Shown: piece by piece, positions 1-10,328 of the stretch
How the letters are laid out: every line of letters starts with the position of its first letter
Numbering within the stretch: position 1 is the stretch's first letter
DNA from: Arcobacteraceae bacterium
GTDB taxonomy: Bacteria; Campylobacterota; Campylobacteria; Campylobacterales; Arcobacteraceae
Reading direction: 5' to 3'
NCBI GenBank assembly: GCA_963662945.1
Contig: OY759974.1
Location: 160,001 to 224,000, forward strand
Length of the DNA stretch: 64,000 nt
Made by a program: the position numbers and the translations under genes
The notes under the pieces: model-generated
The model's database searches: none
The model's input: only the letters and a program-made list of their open reading frames with translations
Told to the model about the DNA's origin: nothing

Positions 1-123
1 ACTTAAAAAACGATGAATAGATTTTGTACAATTTTCCTCATGAATCTATAAAAAAATTGTCTATTTAATACTTATCTAAAGGTTAGTCTAGTAGAATAAT
101 TATATTAATACAAGGAATATTTT

Positions 124-1467
124 ATGGCATATTATAAATCATATGGAGCAGCTGGTGAAGTGACTGGTTCTTGTCACTTTTTACATATTGGAAAAATTAA
201 AATTCTTATTGACTGTGGTATGTTCCAAGGTTATGAAAGTGAAATGAATTTTGAACCATTTGGATTTGAACCAAGTGATATTGATTATCTTATTGTTACA
301 CATGCACATTTAGATCATATAGGAAGAATTCCATTGTTAGTTAAAAAAGGATTTGATCAAAAAATAATTTCTACCAGAGCAACTTATAGTATTGCACAAC
401 TTATGTTAAGAAATTCTGCTAGTATTTTAGAAACAAAACCAAAGCCACTTTATACGCTTAATGATGTAGATCCAGCACTTGATCTTTTTGGAACTTTTTT
501 AGAATGTAATCAAAGTATGATTCTTGATGAAAATATTAAAATAACTTTTAAAAATGCTGGTCATATTTTAGGGTCTGTAAGTGTAAAAATAGAATTTTTT
601 GATGAAGGTATGGAAAAAAGTATTATCTTTTCTGGTGATATAGGACAAAGTGAACGTATCATAACTTCCCCAATAGAATATTGGGATAAAGCAAATTATG
701 TTTTTGTTGAATCTACTTATGGATTATCGGTTCATGAAAAACTAGAAATCTCTATCGAAAGTTTTAAAGAACAAATCTTACAAACTATTGGACATGGAGG
801 TACTGTTGTTATCCCGTCTTTTGCACTTGAGAGAACACAAGAAATATTATTTTTACTCAAACAAATGAGTGAAGAGAATCTTTTAGAAAACATTCCAGTA
901 TATTTAGATTCACCACTAGCAATAAATGTAACCAATGCTTTTATGAGCTATCCTGAACTTTTTAGTGATAATGTTAAAAGTCTTATCCATAAAGGAGAAA
1001 ATCCTTTTGATTTTAAAGAACTAATTCAAACCTATACTAAACAAGAGTCAATGCAAATCAATACAAAACATGGTGCAAAAATAATTATTGCAGGGAGCGG
1101 TATGTGTGAAGGTGGGAGAGTAAGCTACCATCTTGTAAGATACTTAGAAGATAAAGCAAATCTTGCATTGTTTGTTGGGTATCAAGTTGAAAGTACTCTA
1201 GGGAGAAAAATATCTACAGGGAACAAAGATGTTTCAATCCTAGGTACGCCTGTAAATATCAATGCACAAGTTGGTTATGTTTCTGGATTTTCAGCACACG
1301 CAGATCAAAAAGAACTTTTAGAATGGATTGATGCTGTTGAAGATATCTATTGCGTATATCTTATTCATGGAGATGTACCACAGTTAGAGATGCTTAAAAG
1401 TAAAATAAAAAAAGAGTTACAAGAAAAAGTTCATATCGTAAAAATTGGGGAACAGATTCATCTATAA
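124..1467 (+). CDS. MBL-fold metallo-hydrolase, beta-CASP RNA-processing family
   Basis: GAAGEVTGS start, THAHLDHIG metal-binding motif, AGHILGS, FSGDIG, VESTYG, FSAHAD and HG motifs. Confidence 0.92.
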   Translation: MAYYKSYGAAGEVTGSCHFLHIGKIKILIDCGMFQGYESEMNFEPFGFEPSDIDYLIVTHAHLDHIGRIPLLVKKGFDQKIISTRATYSIAQLMLRNSASILETKPKPLYTLNDVDPALDLFGTFLECNQSMILDENIKITFKNAGHILGSVSVKIEFFDEGMEKSIIFSGDIGQSERIITSPIEYWDKANYVFVESTYGLSVHEKLEISIESFKEQILQTIGHGGTVVIPSFALERTQEILFLLKQMSEENLLENIPVYLDSPLAINVTNAFMSYPELFSDNVKSLIHKGENPFDFKELIQTYTKQESMQINTKHGAKIIIAGSGMCEGGRVSYHLVRYLEDKANLALFVGYQVESTLGRKISTGNKDVSILGTPVNINAQVGYVSGFSAHADQKELLEWIDAVEDIYCVYLIHGDVPQLEMLKSKIKKELQEKVHIVKIGEQIHL

Positions 1468-1510
1468 CAAATTCTAAAAGGTACTATATTTATGTTTATG
1501 TTTCAAAAAC

Positions 1511-1657
1511 GACTGGAAACTACTCTTTGAAAATGACAAAAAAGAAATACTAGAGATACAAAAATAAATAAACAAAACAGATGAAGAGATAGATGCGATG
1601 TTTTATGAGCTTTATGGTTTGAGTGATGAGGAAATTAAGATTGTGGAGGGGGGTTTG
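1511..1657 (+). pseudogene. 3' remnant of a Type IIG (Eco57I-like) restriction-modification gene
   Basis: Frame reads DWKLLFENDKKEILEIQK*INKTDEEIDAMFYELYGLSDEEIKIVEGG, resembling the conserved EIDxxVYELYGLTxEEIxIVE C-terminal tail; in-frame TAA at 1565-1567. Confidence 0.75.
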
Positions 1658-2509
1658 ATGTTTGAGGTTTTTAAAAGTCATAAATGGTGGTTTGGATTAA
1701 TATTAGGACTTATAGTCATATATATTAGTTTAATAATTTATATGACTTTCCCTATTTCTGAATATTCTATTGAAAAAGCTGGACAATTTGGAGATAGTTT
1801 TGGAGTGCTAAACTCCTTATTTTCAGGACTTGCTTTTATTGCACTTGTGATAACAATTTATTTACAGCAACAAGATATGAGAGATTCAAAAAAAGTGAGC
1901 CAAAAACAAAATTTTGAAAATATGTTTTTTAATTTAATCACAATACATAATGATTTAGTTGTAAGTTTCAGAGTTTCTCATATCACACAGAATCAAGAAC
2001 AACATTTTATGTATGGAGGAGAAGCTATATCGTATTTCTTAGATAGTTTTACAGAATTTGATGGCACATCATTTATGACTACTACAAGCCATTGTTCCAA
2101 CTCAACTTCAAAAGAAGAACAAAAAAAGATTTGGGACGAAGCTAGAAAAAAAAGAAATTTAGATGACATACAACTCAAATATAATTTAAAAAATAAACTA
2201 GGGCGGAAAAATTTAAAATTCATTGAAAATACTTATTCTATTTTAGACTTAATTGATAGAGCAGAGTTTTTAGGTGAAAAAGATAAGCTTTTTTACTTAG
2301 AAACTCTTTTAGCTCAAATATCAGATGAAGAATTAGCTTTAATCTTTTATTACACTATTGCCGTAAATAGTAATAAAAAAGAATTATTAGAAAAATACCA
2401 ATTTTTTAAAAATTTAGATGAACAATTATTACTCAATTGGGAAGATGAAATTTTATTATATAAAAAAGAAGCATTTGATGAAAGTCTGCATCAATATTTT
2501 TTTAATTAA
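1658..2509 (+). CDS. putative phage abortive infection protein (putAbiC-like), two N-terminal TM helices
   Basis: GQFGDSFGVLNSLFSGLAF, FENMFFNL and LAQISDEELALIFY motifs; ATG 1658 follows GGAGG, and the ORF-track extension from 1598 is the R-M remnant. Confidence 0.75.
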   Translation: MFEVFKSHKWWFGLILGLIVIYISLIIYMTFPISEYSIEKAGQFGDSFGVLNSLFSGLAFIALVITIYLQQQDMRDSKKVSQKQNFENMFFNLITIHNDLVVSFRVSHITQNQEQHFMYGGEAISYFLDSFTEFDGTSFMTTTSHCSNSTSKEEQKKIWDEARKKRNLDDIQLKYNLKNKLGRKNLKFIENTYSILDLIDRAEFLGEKDKLFYLETLLAQISDEELALIFYYTIAVNSNKKELLEKYQFFKNLDEQLLLNWEDEILLYKKEAFDESLHQYFFN

Positions 2510-2640
2510 GTTGAGAACTCATATCCAATTAAAATCAAATAAATAGAGAATATTAATCATTTCACAAGAACAAAGACATATCTTAACACATTCAAACTCC
2601 AAAGTAAGAATAAATTTTGTAAAATAGGCTTTTTTATATA

Positions 2641-2649
2641 TGCTATACT
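2641..2649 (+). promoter_or_regulatory. extended -10 promoter (TGCTATACT) for the 2677 ORF
   Basis: TGnTATACT upstream of an AAGGA RBS and ATG 2677. Confidence 0.55.
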
Positions 2650-2676
2650 TTATAAAATTTAAAATAAAGGAAACAT

Positions 2677-3057
2677 ATGCGAATCGATGTTGATTATTTA
2701 AAAACGGTTTTAGATAAATTTGTAGATAATGAAAAAGAATACCTCAATACAGAAGCTTTACAAAGTTTAATGAATGAAGATATAGAAAAATTTTCTTTTC
2801 ATTGGGATATTTTAAAAGATAAACAGTGTATAGTATTACAAAATGGAAATTTGCCGAATACAATACAAGGGAATTCAAAACTAGTAAAACATAGTTATGT
2901 AAGGTTGAGTGATGAAGGCAATAATTTTTATGAAGCACTAAAAGATAATGAGTTTAGAAATAAAATCAAAAAAGACTTTAAAAATATAAGTACTGAAACA
3001 TTGGGGAGACTTGCCAAAAATTTTTTAGATAATAAGATTGATAATTTTTTAACATAA
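2677..3057 (+). CDS. DUF2513-like winged-helix protein
   Basis: MRIDxDYLKxVL N-terminus and RLSDEGNNFYEALKD resemble the DUF2513 RLTxxGxDF pattern; AAGGA RBS. Confidence 0.6.
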   Translation: MRIDVDYLKTVLDKFVDNEKEYLNTEALQSLMNEDIEKFSFHWDILKDKQCIVLQNGNLPNTIQGNSKLVKHSYVRLSDEGNNFYEALKDNEFRNKIKKDFKNISTETLGRLAKNFLDNKIDNFLT

Positions 3058-3168
3058 TTAGCAAACAAAAACAACCCCACAAGGAATAGCTAAAATTGCA
3101 TATTGTCATATTTTCAACCTCAAATCAAAAAAGATGGTAAGATACAAAAACGAAAGGAGTCAAAGAAC

Positions 3169-3399
3169 ATGGACAAAGTATTGATAACGACACTTCAAAG
3201 TGAATTTAATCAACTATCTAACACACTTGAAGATAGCTTGATAGAATACTGGTATGCTAGGGATTTACAAAAAGTATTAGGGTATGAACGATGGAAAAAT
3301 TTTGCAAATGTAATCCAAAAAGCAAAAATAGCTTGTGAAAACTCTAATATAGAAGTATCAGACCATTTTCGCGATGTCACGAAAATGGTATCAAAATGA
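3169..3399 (+). pseudogene. dinD: truncated DNA-damage-inducible protein D (BRO-like N-terminus only)
   Basis: EYWYARDLQKVLGYERWKNF...KAKIAC...DHFRDVTKMV then stop; AAAGGAG RBS before ATG 3169; much shorter than full DinD. Confidence 0.75.
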
Positions 3400-3475
3400 A
3401 AGATAAAAATGCGTTTATTTTTTTATGTGCAGAACTATGTCATAATATGGAATATTTTGATTTTAAGGATTTGTT

Positions 3476-3697
3476 GTGACAAAGATTATGAACAAAGTTT
3501 TAGAAGATGTACGAACATTATCGACAAATGAAAAAAATGACTTAATGAAATTTTTAATAGCCTCTATGGATGAAATTCATGATAATGACTCAGACCAACA
3601 ATGGGCAAACCTAGCAAAACAAAGATACCAAGAGATTGAATCTGGCAAAGTTCAAACAGTAAGTTGGGAACATATAAAACAACAAGTATTGTCTTAG
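3476..3697 (+). CDS. addiction-module antitoxin (TIGR02574-like)
   Basis: LSxxEK...W...AKQRYQEIESGKVQTVSWE pattern; directly upstream of a ParE-type toxin. Confidence 0.8.
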   Translation: MTKIMNKVLEDVRTLSTNEKNDLMKFLIASMDEIHDNDSDQQWANLAKQRYQEIESGKVQTVSWEHIKQQVLS

Positions 3698-3698
3698 T

Positions 3699-3995
3699 AT
3701 GAGACAGTTATCTTTTCACCCAGATATAGCCAATGAGGTTAAAGGTTCTTTTGTTTGGTATGAAGAGCAACTTCAAGGACTTGGAAATCAATTTTTAAAT
3801 GAGCTAGAAGATGGTTACACCGCAATTTCTAACTTTCCTGATACTTGGGCAACATTTCAGTATGGTTTTAAAAGATATATTCTAAATAGATTTCCTTTCT
3901 CAATAGTCTATAAATTGACTCCTCAAAATATTTTTATCATCGCTGTGATGCACAATAGTAGAAAACCTCTCTATTGGTTAGATAGGATAAATTAA
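3699..3995 (+). CDS. RelE/ParE-family toxin
   Basis: FHPxxxxE...WYEEQLQGLG.FL...RFPFSIVY...IIAVMHNSRKP.YW. Confidence 0.88.
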   Translation: MRQLSFHPDIANEVKGSFVWYEEQLQGLGNQFLNELEDGYTAISNFPDTWATFQYGFKRYILNRFPFSIVYKLTPQNIFIIAVMHNSRKPLYWLDRIN

Positions 3996-4040
3996 ATTTT
4001 TCTTCCTTTTCCTTAAAATTGCAAATTATTATATTTTAGT

Positions 4041-4721
4041 CTACTCTTTTGGTAAACCAAATTTTTGTACTGTATACTCACCCTCTTCATCAAAAAAACA
4101 ATAATATAAAAAGTCTTTTTTAATAGCTAAACCAGCTAAATATCGTAAAGCAATATTTGCTTGTAAAGAAGCTATATGCATCACAATAGGTGCTGTTATC
4201 CCTGCTGGTTTGTGATCGGAGACTTTAAATACACTATTAAAAGAAGATTTATCAAAAAAACACACCTGTCCTTGAAAAGCTTCTACACTTCCGTATAACC
4301 AAGGTATATTCTTATCTTTTGAAAATTTATCTATTTTACTTCTCACAGGTAAATTATCTGTAGCATCAATAATTAAGTCATAATCTTCATTTGTAATACT
4401 AAACGTATCAAAATCATAATCAAAACTATTTACTTCTACATATGGAGATCTTTTTCTAATAAGTTTTGCTAAAACTTCACTTTTACTTTTTCCTTCATCA
4501 TCAGTTTTAAAAGCTATTTGTCTATGAATATTGTGAACACTTATTTCATCAAAATCAACTAAATCAATCTGCCCTATTCCTGAACTACCAAGTGCAATAC
4601 CTAAACTACATCCCAGTCCACCACAACCAATAATTGCAATTTTTTTATCTTGTAAACTTGATTGGGTATTTTCTCCCCATAGTTGTATTTGTCTATTAAA
4701 GTATTCGTTAAAGTTTTCCAT
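4041..4721 (-). CDS. ThiF/MoeB/HesA-family adenylyltransferase
   Basis: YFNRQI, IIGCGGLG, DFDEISVHNIHRQ, DATDN. Confidence 0.92.
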   Translation of the reverse strand: MENFNEYFNRQIQLWGENTQSSLQDKKIAIIGCGGLGCSLGIALGSSGIGQIDLVDFDEISVHNIHRQIAFKTDDEGKSKSEVLAKLIRKRSPYVEVNSFDYDFDTFSITNEDYDLIIDATDNLPVRSKIDKFSKDKNIPWLYGSVEAFQGQVCFFDKSSFNSVFKVSDHKPAGITAPIVMHIASLQANIALRYLAGLAIKKDFLYYCFFDEEGEYTVQKFGLPKE

Positions 4722-4799
4722 ATTTTTATCCGCATATTTATTTTCTTTTATTTTAGCAACTTTTAACTTTTTTTGACTTAATTATGATAAAATAATATT

Positions 4800-7325
4800 A
4801 TGACAGATTTAAATATTAAAATAGAAGAACTTATTGAAAATAAAGCAGAAGATTTCCAAATAGCAAAAATTATTAAATGTGAAATTAAGGAATATCTTAG
4901 CTCTCTTGATAGCATTTATGAGCAATCAAGTGGTAAAGATTTTTTTGTAAAGCATACAAAAATGATAGATGGATTTATCAAAGTAATTTATAAATATCTA
5001 TTAAGAAAACATTTTGGAATCTATCTTCCTATGTCTAACCATATACCAATGAGTATCATAGCTTTGGGAAGTTTTGGACGAGAACAATTATGTGTTTATA
5101 GTGATATTGATATTATGATTTTATACGATGATATCAAGGGGTATAATATAAAACCTATTATGGAAGAGTTTATGACATTATCTTGGGATAGTGGACTTAA
5201 ACTTGGAAGTCGTGTACACGAAATAAGTGAGATTGAAGAAGCTGTTAAAACTGATGTTACAATCAAAACATCTATTATAGAATCAAGACTTATATATGGG
5301 TCAAAACATCTTTGGTATAAATTCCAAAGTAAACTCAATAATATTAGACATTTTGAACAAAAAGCATTTGTATTGGAAAAACTACAAGAACACACAGAAA
5401 GACTAGAAAAGTATCCACTCGTAATGCAACCAAACATCAAAGATGGTTATGGAGGTATGAGAGAATCAAATATGCTTTTTTGGATGGCAAATATCACTTA
5501 TGGAGTATCTAGTACAAAAGATTTAACTGGTATATTATTTAGTGAAGATGATTATAAAAAATATAGAATTGCTTTAGAATATATTTTCAGAACAAGAAAT
5601 GCATTGCACCTTTGTGCCAAAAAGAAGCTTGATACAATAACATTTGATATTTTACCAGATATTAGTACTAAACTTGGATTTGAAACAAATGAGAGATTTA
5701 CAAAAGAAAGACAATGTATGTCTAAAATTTTTGAGTCTTTACATGCAATTCACCACTTTACTTCAATAATGATTAAGAAAATTGCTAGGCAACACTTATA
5801 TAACAGTGCTAATTTACACAATATCTACCAACATAGAATTAAAAAAGATAGATATTTATGTAACAATACTTTGTATACTACTTATAATACGAAACCAAAA
5901 ATACTAAACCAATTTTTAAAAGAGCTTATCTCATTACCAAACTATATTGAAAGATTTGATGTATCTTATATCCATTATGCTTCAAGAACTATTGTGCATA
6001 ATAAAACTAATAGTACAACAAAAAAATTGGTTCATACCCTACTTCAAAGAGAAAATCTTTACCCAATAATTGATTTACTTTATAAAGCAGGATTGTTAGT
6101 GATTGTTATTCCTACTTTTAAAAAGATTATAAACCAACCGCAATTTGATGGATACCATAAACATCCTGTTGATATACACAGTATACAAACACTCTATCAC
6201 ATACAAAATATTAAAGACCCTTTTGTTGCAAAAATGTATGAGAAACAAAACTATACTCAAAAATATCTTGTAAAATTAGCTGTACTTTTTCATGATTGTG
6301 GTAAAGGGAGAGGAAAAGATCATCACGTCGTTGGACAAAATTTATTTAGAAAATTTGCTAAATCATTAAATATAAATGATGAAGATATCAACATAGTATC
6401 TACATTAATCAGATATCACAATATGATGACTAAAGTTGCTACAACTGAAGATATATACTCACAAAATACTATCTTGGCATTTACAGGAATTATTCAAACT
6501 AAAGAGATCTTAGAATTACTGTTTATAATGACCTATGCAGATATTAATTCTGTTGATTCTAAACTTTATAAAAGTTCAACAGCTTCACTACTAAAAGAGT
6601 TATATTTACAAACTTTACCTGCTTATGATAATCAAGAGTTACTTAAAGTAAGTAGTAGAAGAGCTGCAAAAGAAAATGCAATTAAAAACAGTAAACTCTT
6701 TGAAGGATTACCAACAACTCTCCAAAAGAAAATACTAAATATAGAATCAAATCAATTATTCTTAAAATATAAAGCTGAAGATATTATCAAAATAGCTATA
6801 AGAGCTAAAGATGTAAAAGGTTACGATTTTAAACTTTTTACAAAAGATAATTTAAAAATCAAAATCACTAGAGTATTACCTTTAAATCTTGGTTATTTAC
6901 TTGGAAAACTGCAATTTTTAAATATAAATTCTATGGGTATTTATAAATTATATGATGGAAAGAAATTTTTTGAAATTATTTTTGATGAACATTTAGATGA
7001 AACAGATATCCCTTTTGTAGAAGAGATTATAGAAGATTCATTTGATATGTCAAAAACTATTAATCTTAAAAAGCCTACAATTGCAAAAGATGAAATTTTC
7101 ATCAACTGTGATCACACTGATGAACTTGCACAATTTACAATACATACTAAAGACCAAAAAGGTTTATTTAGTTATATTGCCCGTGCATTTGATGAGTTTG
7201 GTATTGAAATACATAGTGCAAAAATTCAATCAAATAAAGGGAAAGTTAATGATATGTTACTTATCTCAAAAAATGGTAACTTTTGTACGAATAAAGACAA
7301 AATTGTGGAATTATTAACCCAATAA
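4800..7325 (+). CDS. glnD: [protein-PII] uridylyltransferase / uridylyl-removing enzyme (GlnD-like)
   Basis: GSFGREQL..SDIDI nucleotidyltransferase motif, PNIKDGYGGMRE, QFDGYH.HPVD.H, HD motif LFHDCGKG, C-terminal ACT-like TKDQKGLF. Confidence 0.85.
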   Translation: MTDLNIKIEELIENKAEDFQIAKIIKCEIKEYLSSLDSIYEQSSGKDFFVKHTKMIDGFIKVIYKYLLRKHFGIYLPMSNHIPMSIIALGSFGREQLCVYSDIDIMILYDDIKGYNIKPIMEEFMTLSWDSGLKLGSRVHEISEIEEAVKTDVTIKTSIIESRLIYGSKHLWYKFQSKLNNIRHFEQKAFVLEKLQEHTERLEKYPLVMQPNIKDGYGGMRESNMLFWMANITYGVSSTKDLTGILFSEDDYKKYRIALEYIFRTRNALHLCAKKKLDTITFDILPDISTKLGFETNERFTKERQCMSKIFESLHAIHHFTSIMIKKIARQHLYNSANLHNIYQHRIKKDRYLCNNTLYTTYNTKPKILNQFLKELISLPNYIERFDVSYIHYASRTIVHNKTNSTTKKLVHTLLQRENLYPIIDLLYKAGLLVIVIPTFKKIINQPQFDGYHKHPVDIHSIQTLYHIQNIKDPFVAKMYEKQNYTQKYLVKLAVLFHDCGKGRGKDHHVVGQNLFRKFAKSLNINDEDINIVSTLIRYHNMMTKVATTEDIYSQNTILAFTGIIQTKEILELLFIMTYADINSVDSKLYKSSTASLLKELYLQTLPAYDNQELLKVSSRRAAKENAIKNSKLFEGLPTTLQKKILNIESNQLFLKYKAEDIIKIAIRAKDVKGYDFKLFTKDNLKIKITRVLPLNLGYLLGKLQFLNINSMGIYKLYDGKKFFEIIFDEHLDETDIPFVEEIIEDSFDMSKTINLKKPTIAKDEIFINCDHTDELAQFTIHTKDQKGLFSYIARAFDEFGIEIHSAKIQSNKGKVNDMLLISKNGNFCTNKDKIVELLTQ

Positions 7326-7344
7326 ATAAAATTTAGGAGCAACA

Positions 7345-8544
7345 ATGGAAATAAATAACTTTTTTTTAACTCTTTTTCTTATTCTTATTGTTGCTAGGTT
7401 TTTAGGTGAATTATTTGCAAGATATGGTATCCCTTCCGTATTAGGTGAGCTTTTTGCAGGTATCTTACTTGGTGCATCAGTATTAGATATTGTACACCCA
7501 AATGAGATATTAAAAATACTTGCTGAAATCGGTATAATATTATTACTTTTTGAAGTTGGATTAGAGACTGATTTTCAACGATTAAAAAGTTCTGGAACCA
7601 AATCATTTGTAGTTGCAATTTTAGGTGTTATTTTACCTTTTATTTTTGGTCTTTCATTGGCATATTATATTTTTAAATTAGACTTCACAATCTCTCTTTT
7701 TATAGCTGGAACACTCACTGCAACTAGTATTGGTATTACACTTCGAGTTCTTAAAGACATTCATATGGAAAATACAAATATTGCTCAAATAGTCATTGGT
7801 GCTGCTGTAATTGACGATATTATAGGAATTATATTACTTGTGTTTATTTATGATTATTCTTTATCACATGAAACTAGTTTTGACCATACACTCTCTGTAA
7901 CAGCAATGATTTTTATATTTTTATTACTTGCTCCAATATTGGCTAAACTTTTATCTTTTATGATTCACAAATACCATAAAAGGCATTTAGTTCCTGGCTA
8001 TTTTCCAACAATTATCATCTCTCTTATTTTACTATTCTCTTATCTTTCACATCTTGTTGGTGCGCCTGCTATTTTAGGTTCCTTTGCAGCAGGTGTTGCC
8101 CTGTCTAGAAGATTTTTCCTTCCATTTGGAACAATGTTAGGAACAAACGAAAACCTTTTGCAAGAAGTTAAAAGAGATATGACTCCAATTATTCAAATGT
8201 TTACTCCAATATTTTTCGTTATGGTTGGACTTTCTGTTGATTTAACAATTATTGATTTTACCTCTTTAAGTTTTTGGATTATGAGTTTATCTTTTATATT
8301 ATTGGCTTTTATAAGTAAATTTATAGCTGCATTTTTTATATATCAAAAATGTTTTATGAATAATGCAATTATCGGTATGTCGATGATTCCAAGAGGTGAA
8401 GTAGGACTTATTTTTGCCGAAATGGGACGAGTTAATGGGGCAATACCCAATGATATTTATGCTATGCTTATTTTTGTAATAGTTATTACGACTGTTGTTC
8501 CCCCTTTTTTATTAAAAAAATATTTTAAAGTAGAGTGTGTATAA
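7345..8544 (+). CDS. cation:proton antiporter (CPA2/NapA family)
   Basis: Many TM helices; LFEVGLETD, TATSIGIT, AAVIDDI, MIPRGEVGLI. Confidence 0.92.
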   Translation: MEINNFFLTLFLILIVARFLGELFARYGIPSVLGELFAGILLGASVLDIVHPNEILKILAEIGIILLLFEVGLETDFQRLKSSGTKSFVVAILGVILPFIFGLSLAYYIFKLDFTISLFIAGTLTATSIGITLRVLKDIHMENTNIAQIVIGAAVIDDIIGIILLVFIYDYSLSHETSFDHTLSVTAMIFIFLLLAPILAKLLSFMIHKYHKRHLVPGYFPTIIISLILLFSYLSHLVGAPAILGSFAAGVALSRRFFLPFGTMLGTNENLLQEVKRDMTPIIQMFTPIFFVMVGLSVDLTIIDFTSLSFWIMSLSFILLAFISKFIAAFFIYQKCFMNNAIIGMSMIPRGEVGLIFAEMGRVNGAIPNDIYAMLIFVIVITTVVPPFLLKKYFKVECV

Positions 8545-8974
8545 AATGGAAAATGAACTATATATAACTAGATTAGAAGGGATTATTAAAAGAATATTTC
8601 ATTCACTTGATACAATTAATCCTACAAGTATTGAAGTAAAATATTTAGGTGAAAAATTTTTTGATACTGAAAATATTGACCAATATTGTTTTCAATTTCA
8701 AAAAAACAACTCTCATTCACTCTGGTTTGAACTTCTTATACCAACAAATAATCCAACACCTCATAATATTGATTTGACAGCATTTTCAAATCAAATTATT
8801 TATAAATATAATATTGAGAATATCGCAAATTATATCTCGATAACGACTCCACTAGAACAATACTGTTCTTGCCATTTTGAAAAAAAATATATATTTGAAG
8901 TTACCTGTACTTCACAAACAGGAGAAAACAATAGTGTTTATATAAATATTGATCCAGAAAACTTTTTTGAATAA
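8537..8974 (+). CDS. hypothetical protein coupled to the antiporter
   Basis: 145-aa ORF overlapping the antiporter stop; true start may be ATG 8546; no recognised motif. Confidence 0.6.
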   Translation: MYKMENELYITRLEGIIKRIFHSLDTINPTSIEVKYLGEKFFDTENIDQYCFQFQKNNSHSLWFELLIPTNNPTPHNIDLTAFSNQIIYKYNIENIANYISITTPLEQYCSCHFEKKYIFEVTCTSQTGENNSVYINIDPENFFE

Positions 8975-8977
8975 ACT

Positions 8978-9730
8978 CTATACTTTTTGTGCTTTACTAA
9001 AATCTATTAGCTGTTCACTATATACAATCTCTTCTGGTAATAAACTCAAACACTCTTTTAAAACCATTGCAGTACAATAAGCATCACTATAAGCCCTATG
9101 ATGAATTTCTTCTTCAATATTAAGATGCTCTTTGAGATACTTAAGTCCATATCGGGGTGTATCTATAAGTCTTTCAGATAAATCAATTGTACAAAGTCTT
9201 CTATTATATAATCCACCTAAATCATATTTTTTCATACTGTCACTGATGAATTTATAATCAAATGTGATCGCATGGGCAACAAAAATATCATCTTCTAAAA
9301 AAATTTTAAACTCTTCTAATACTGTTTTTATACTAGGAGAATCATAAGTCATTTCTGGAATAATTCCCGTTAATTCTTGTACTTTTCTTGGTATTTCTCT
9401 AGTATTAACTAAGGATTCATATTTTTCAATAATCTGATTATTTTTATATTTTATGGCACCAATTTCTATTATTTGACCATCTTTTGCATTTCCAGCTGTA
9501 GTCTCTATATCAACAACACAAAATGTTTGATCTTCTATTTTTGTTGTTACAGTTTTTAAACTTACCTGATTATTTGAAAAACTAAGAGGAAGTCCATTGA
9601 GTAATAATAACTCTTTTTCTAGTTCTACACTTTGAAAAACTGTATCACTTTTTTCTAAAATACTGTTAAATTCATCGATACTTAATGGTGATTTTTTGAG
9701 TTTTTTGATAAGTTTAGTGAGATAATTCAT
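8978..9730 (-). CDS. DEDDh 3'-5' exonuclease (DNA polymerase III epsilon-like)
   Basis: VVDIETT, FVAH...FD, HHRAYSDA. Confidence 0.9.
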   Translation of the reverse strand: MNYLTKLIKKLKKSPLSIDEFNSILEKSDTVFQSVELEKELLLLNGLPLSFSNNQVSLKTVTTKIEDQTFCVVDIETTAGNAKDGQIIEIGAIKYKNNQIIEKYESLVNTREIPRKVQELTGIIPEMTYDSPSIKTVLEEFKIFLEDDIFVAHAITFDYKFISDSMKKYDLGGLYNRRLCTIDLSERLIDTPRYGLKYLKEHLNIEEEIHHRAYSDAYCTAMVLKECLSLLPEEIVYSEQLIDFSKAQKV

Positions 9731-10313
9731 TGGCTTTATTTATGAAGTTTATGATCTTTTGTTTATCTTTTTTACCCTTCGATAATTCAACACCACTACT
9801 TACATCAACTCCATAGAAATTGTACCCTCTTAACTCTTCTAAATTCTCGCTATTTAATCCACCCGCAAGAATAATCTTACTACAATCAATTCCATCAAAC
9901 CAATCTAAAGCAATACGTTGTCCCTCACCACCATAACTTTCTACAAAAGCATCTACGAGATAATATTTGTTTGAATCAAGATTTAAAATATCTTGTTTTT
10001 CTTTTGCTCTGATTACTTCAATATATTTTGATTGTAAATGTTTTACAAATCTTTCATCTATATCGAAATGAGCCTGTACAAGGTCAATTCTTGCTTGTCT
10101 TACAATAAAATCTATTTTTGCTGGTATTTCATTTACAAATAATCCAACACTTTGTACAAATGGAGGTAATTGGCTTATTATCTCTTTTGCACTTTCTGGT
10201 TTTATATATCGTGGTGATTTTTCATAGAAAACAAATCCTAGAGCATCGGCACCAGCATTTACAGCATTTATAGCATCTTCAAGATTTGTAATACCACAAA
10301 TTTTTATTCTCAT
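9714..10313 (-). CDS. trpF: phosphoribosylanthranilate isomerase
   Basis: IKICGIT, GFVFYEKSPR, ILAGGL, GVDVSSGVE. Confidence 0.96.
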   Translation of the reverse strand: MRIKICGITNLEDAINAVNAGADALGFVFYEKSPRYIKPESAKEIISQLPPFVQSVGLFVNEIPAKIDFIVRQARIDLVQAHFDIDERFVKHLQSKYIEVIRAKEKQDILNLDSNKYYLVDAFVESYGGEGQRIALDWFDGIDCSKIILAGGLNSENLEELRGYNFYGVDVSSGVELSKGKKDKQKIINFINKANELSH

Positions 10314-10328
10314 ATGCTCTACTTTTTT

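Noticed and set aside
1598-1657. ORF-track N-terminal extension of the Abi-like gene
   Set aside because: These codons are the Type IIG R-M tail; ATG 1658 has a GGAGG RBS
1468-4040. Integron cassette array
   Set aside because: Gene types are cassette-like, but I found no repeated attC-like RYYYAAC...GTTRRRY hairpins and no integron integrase
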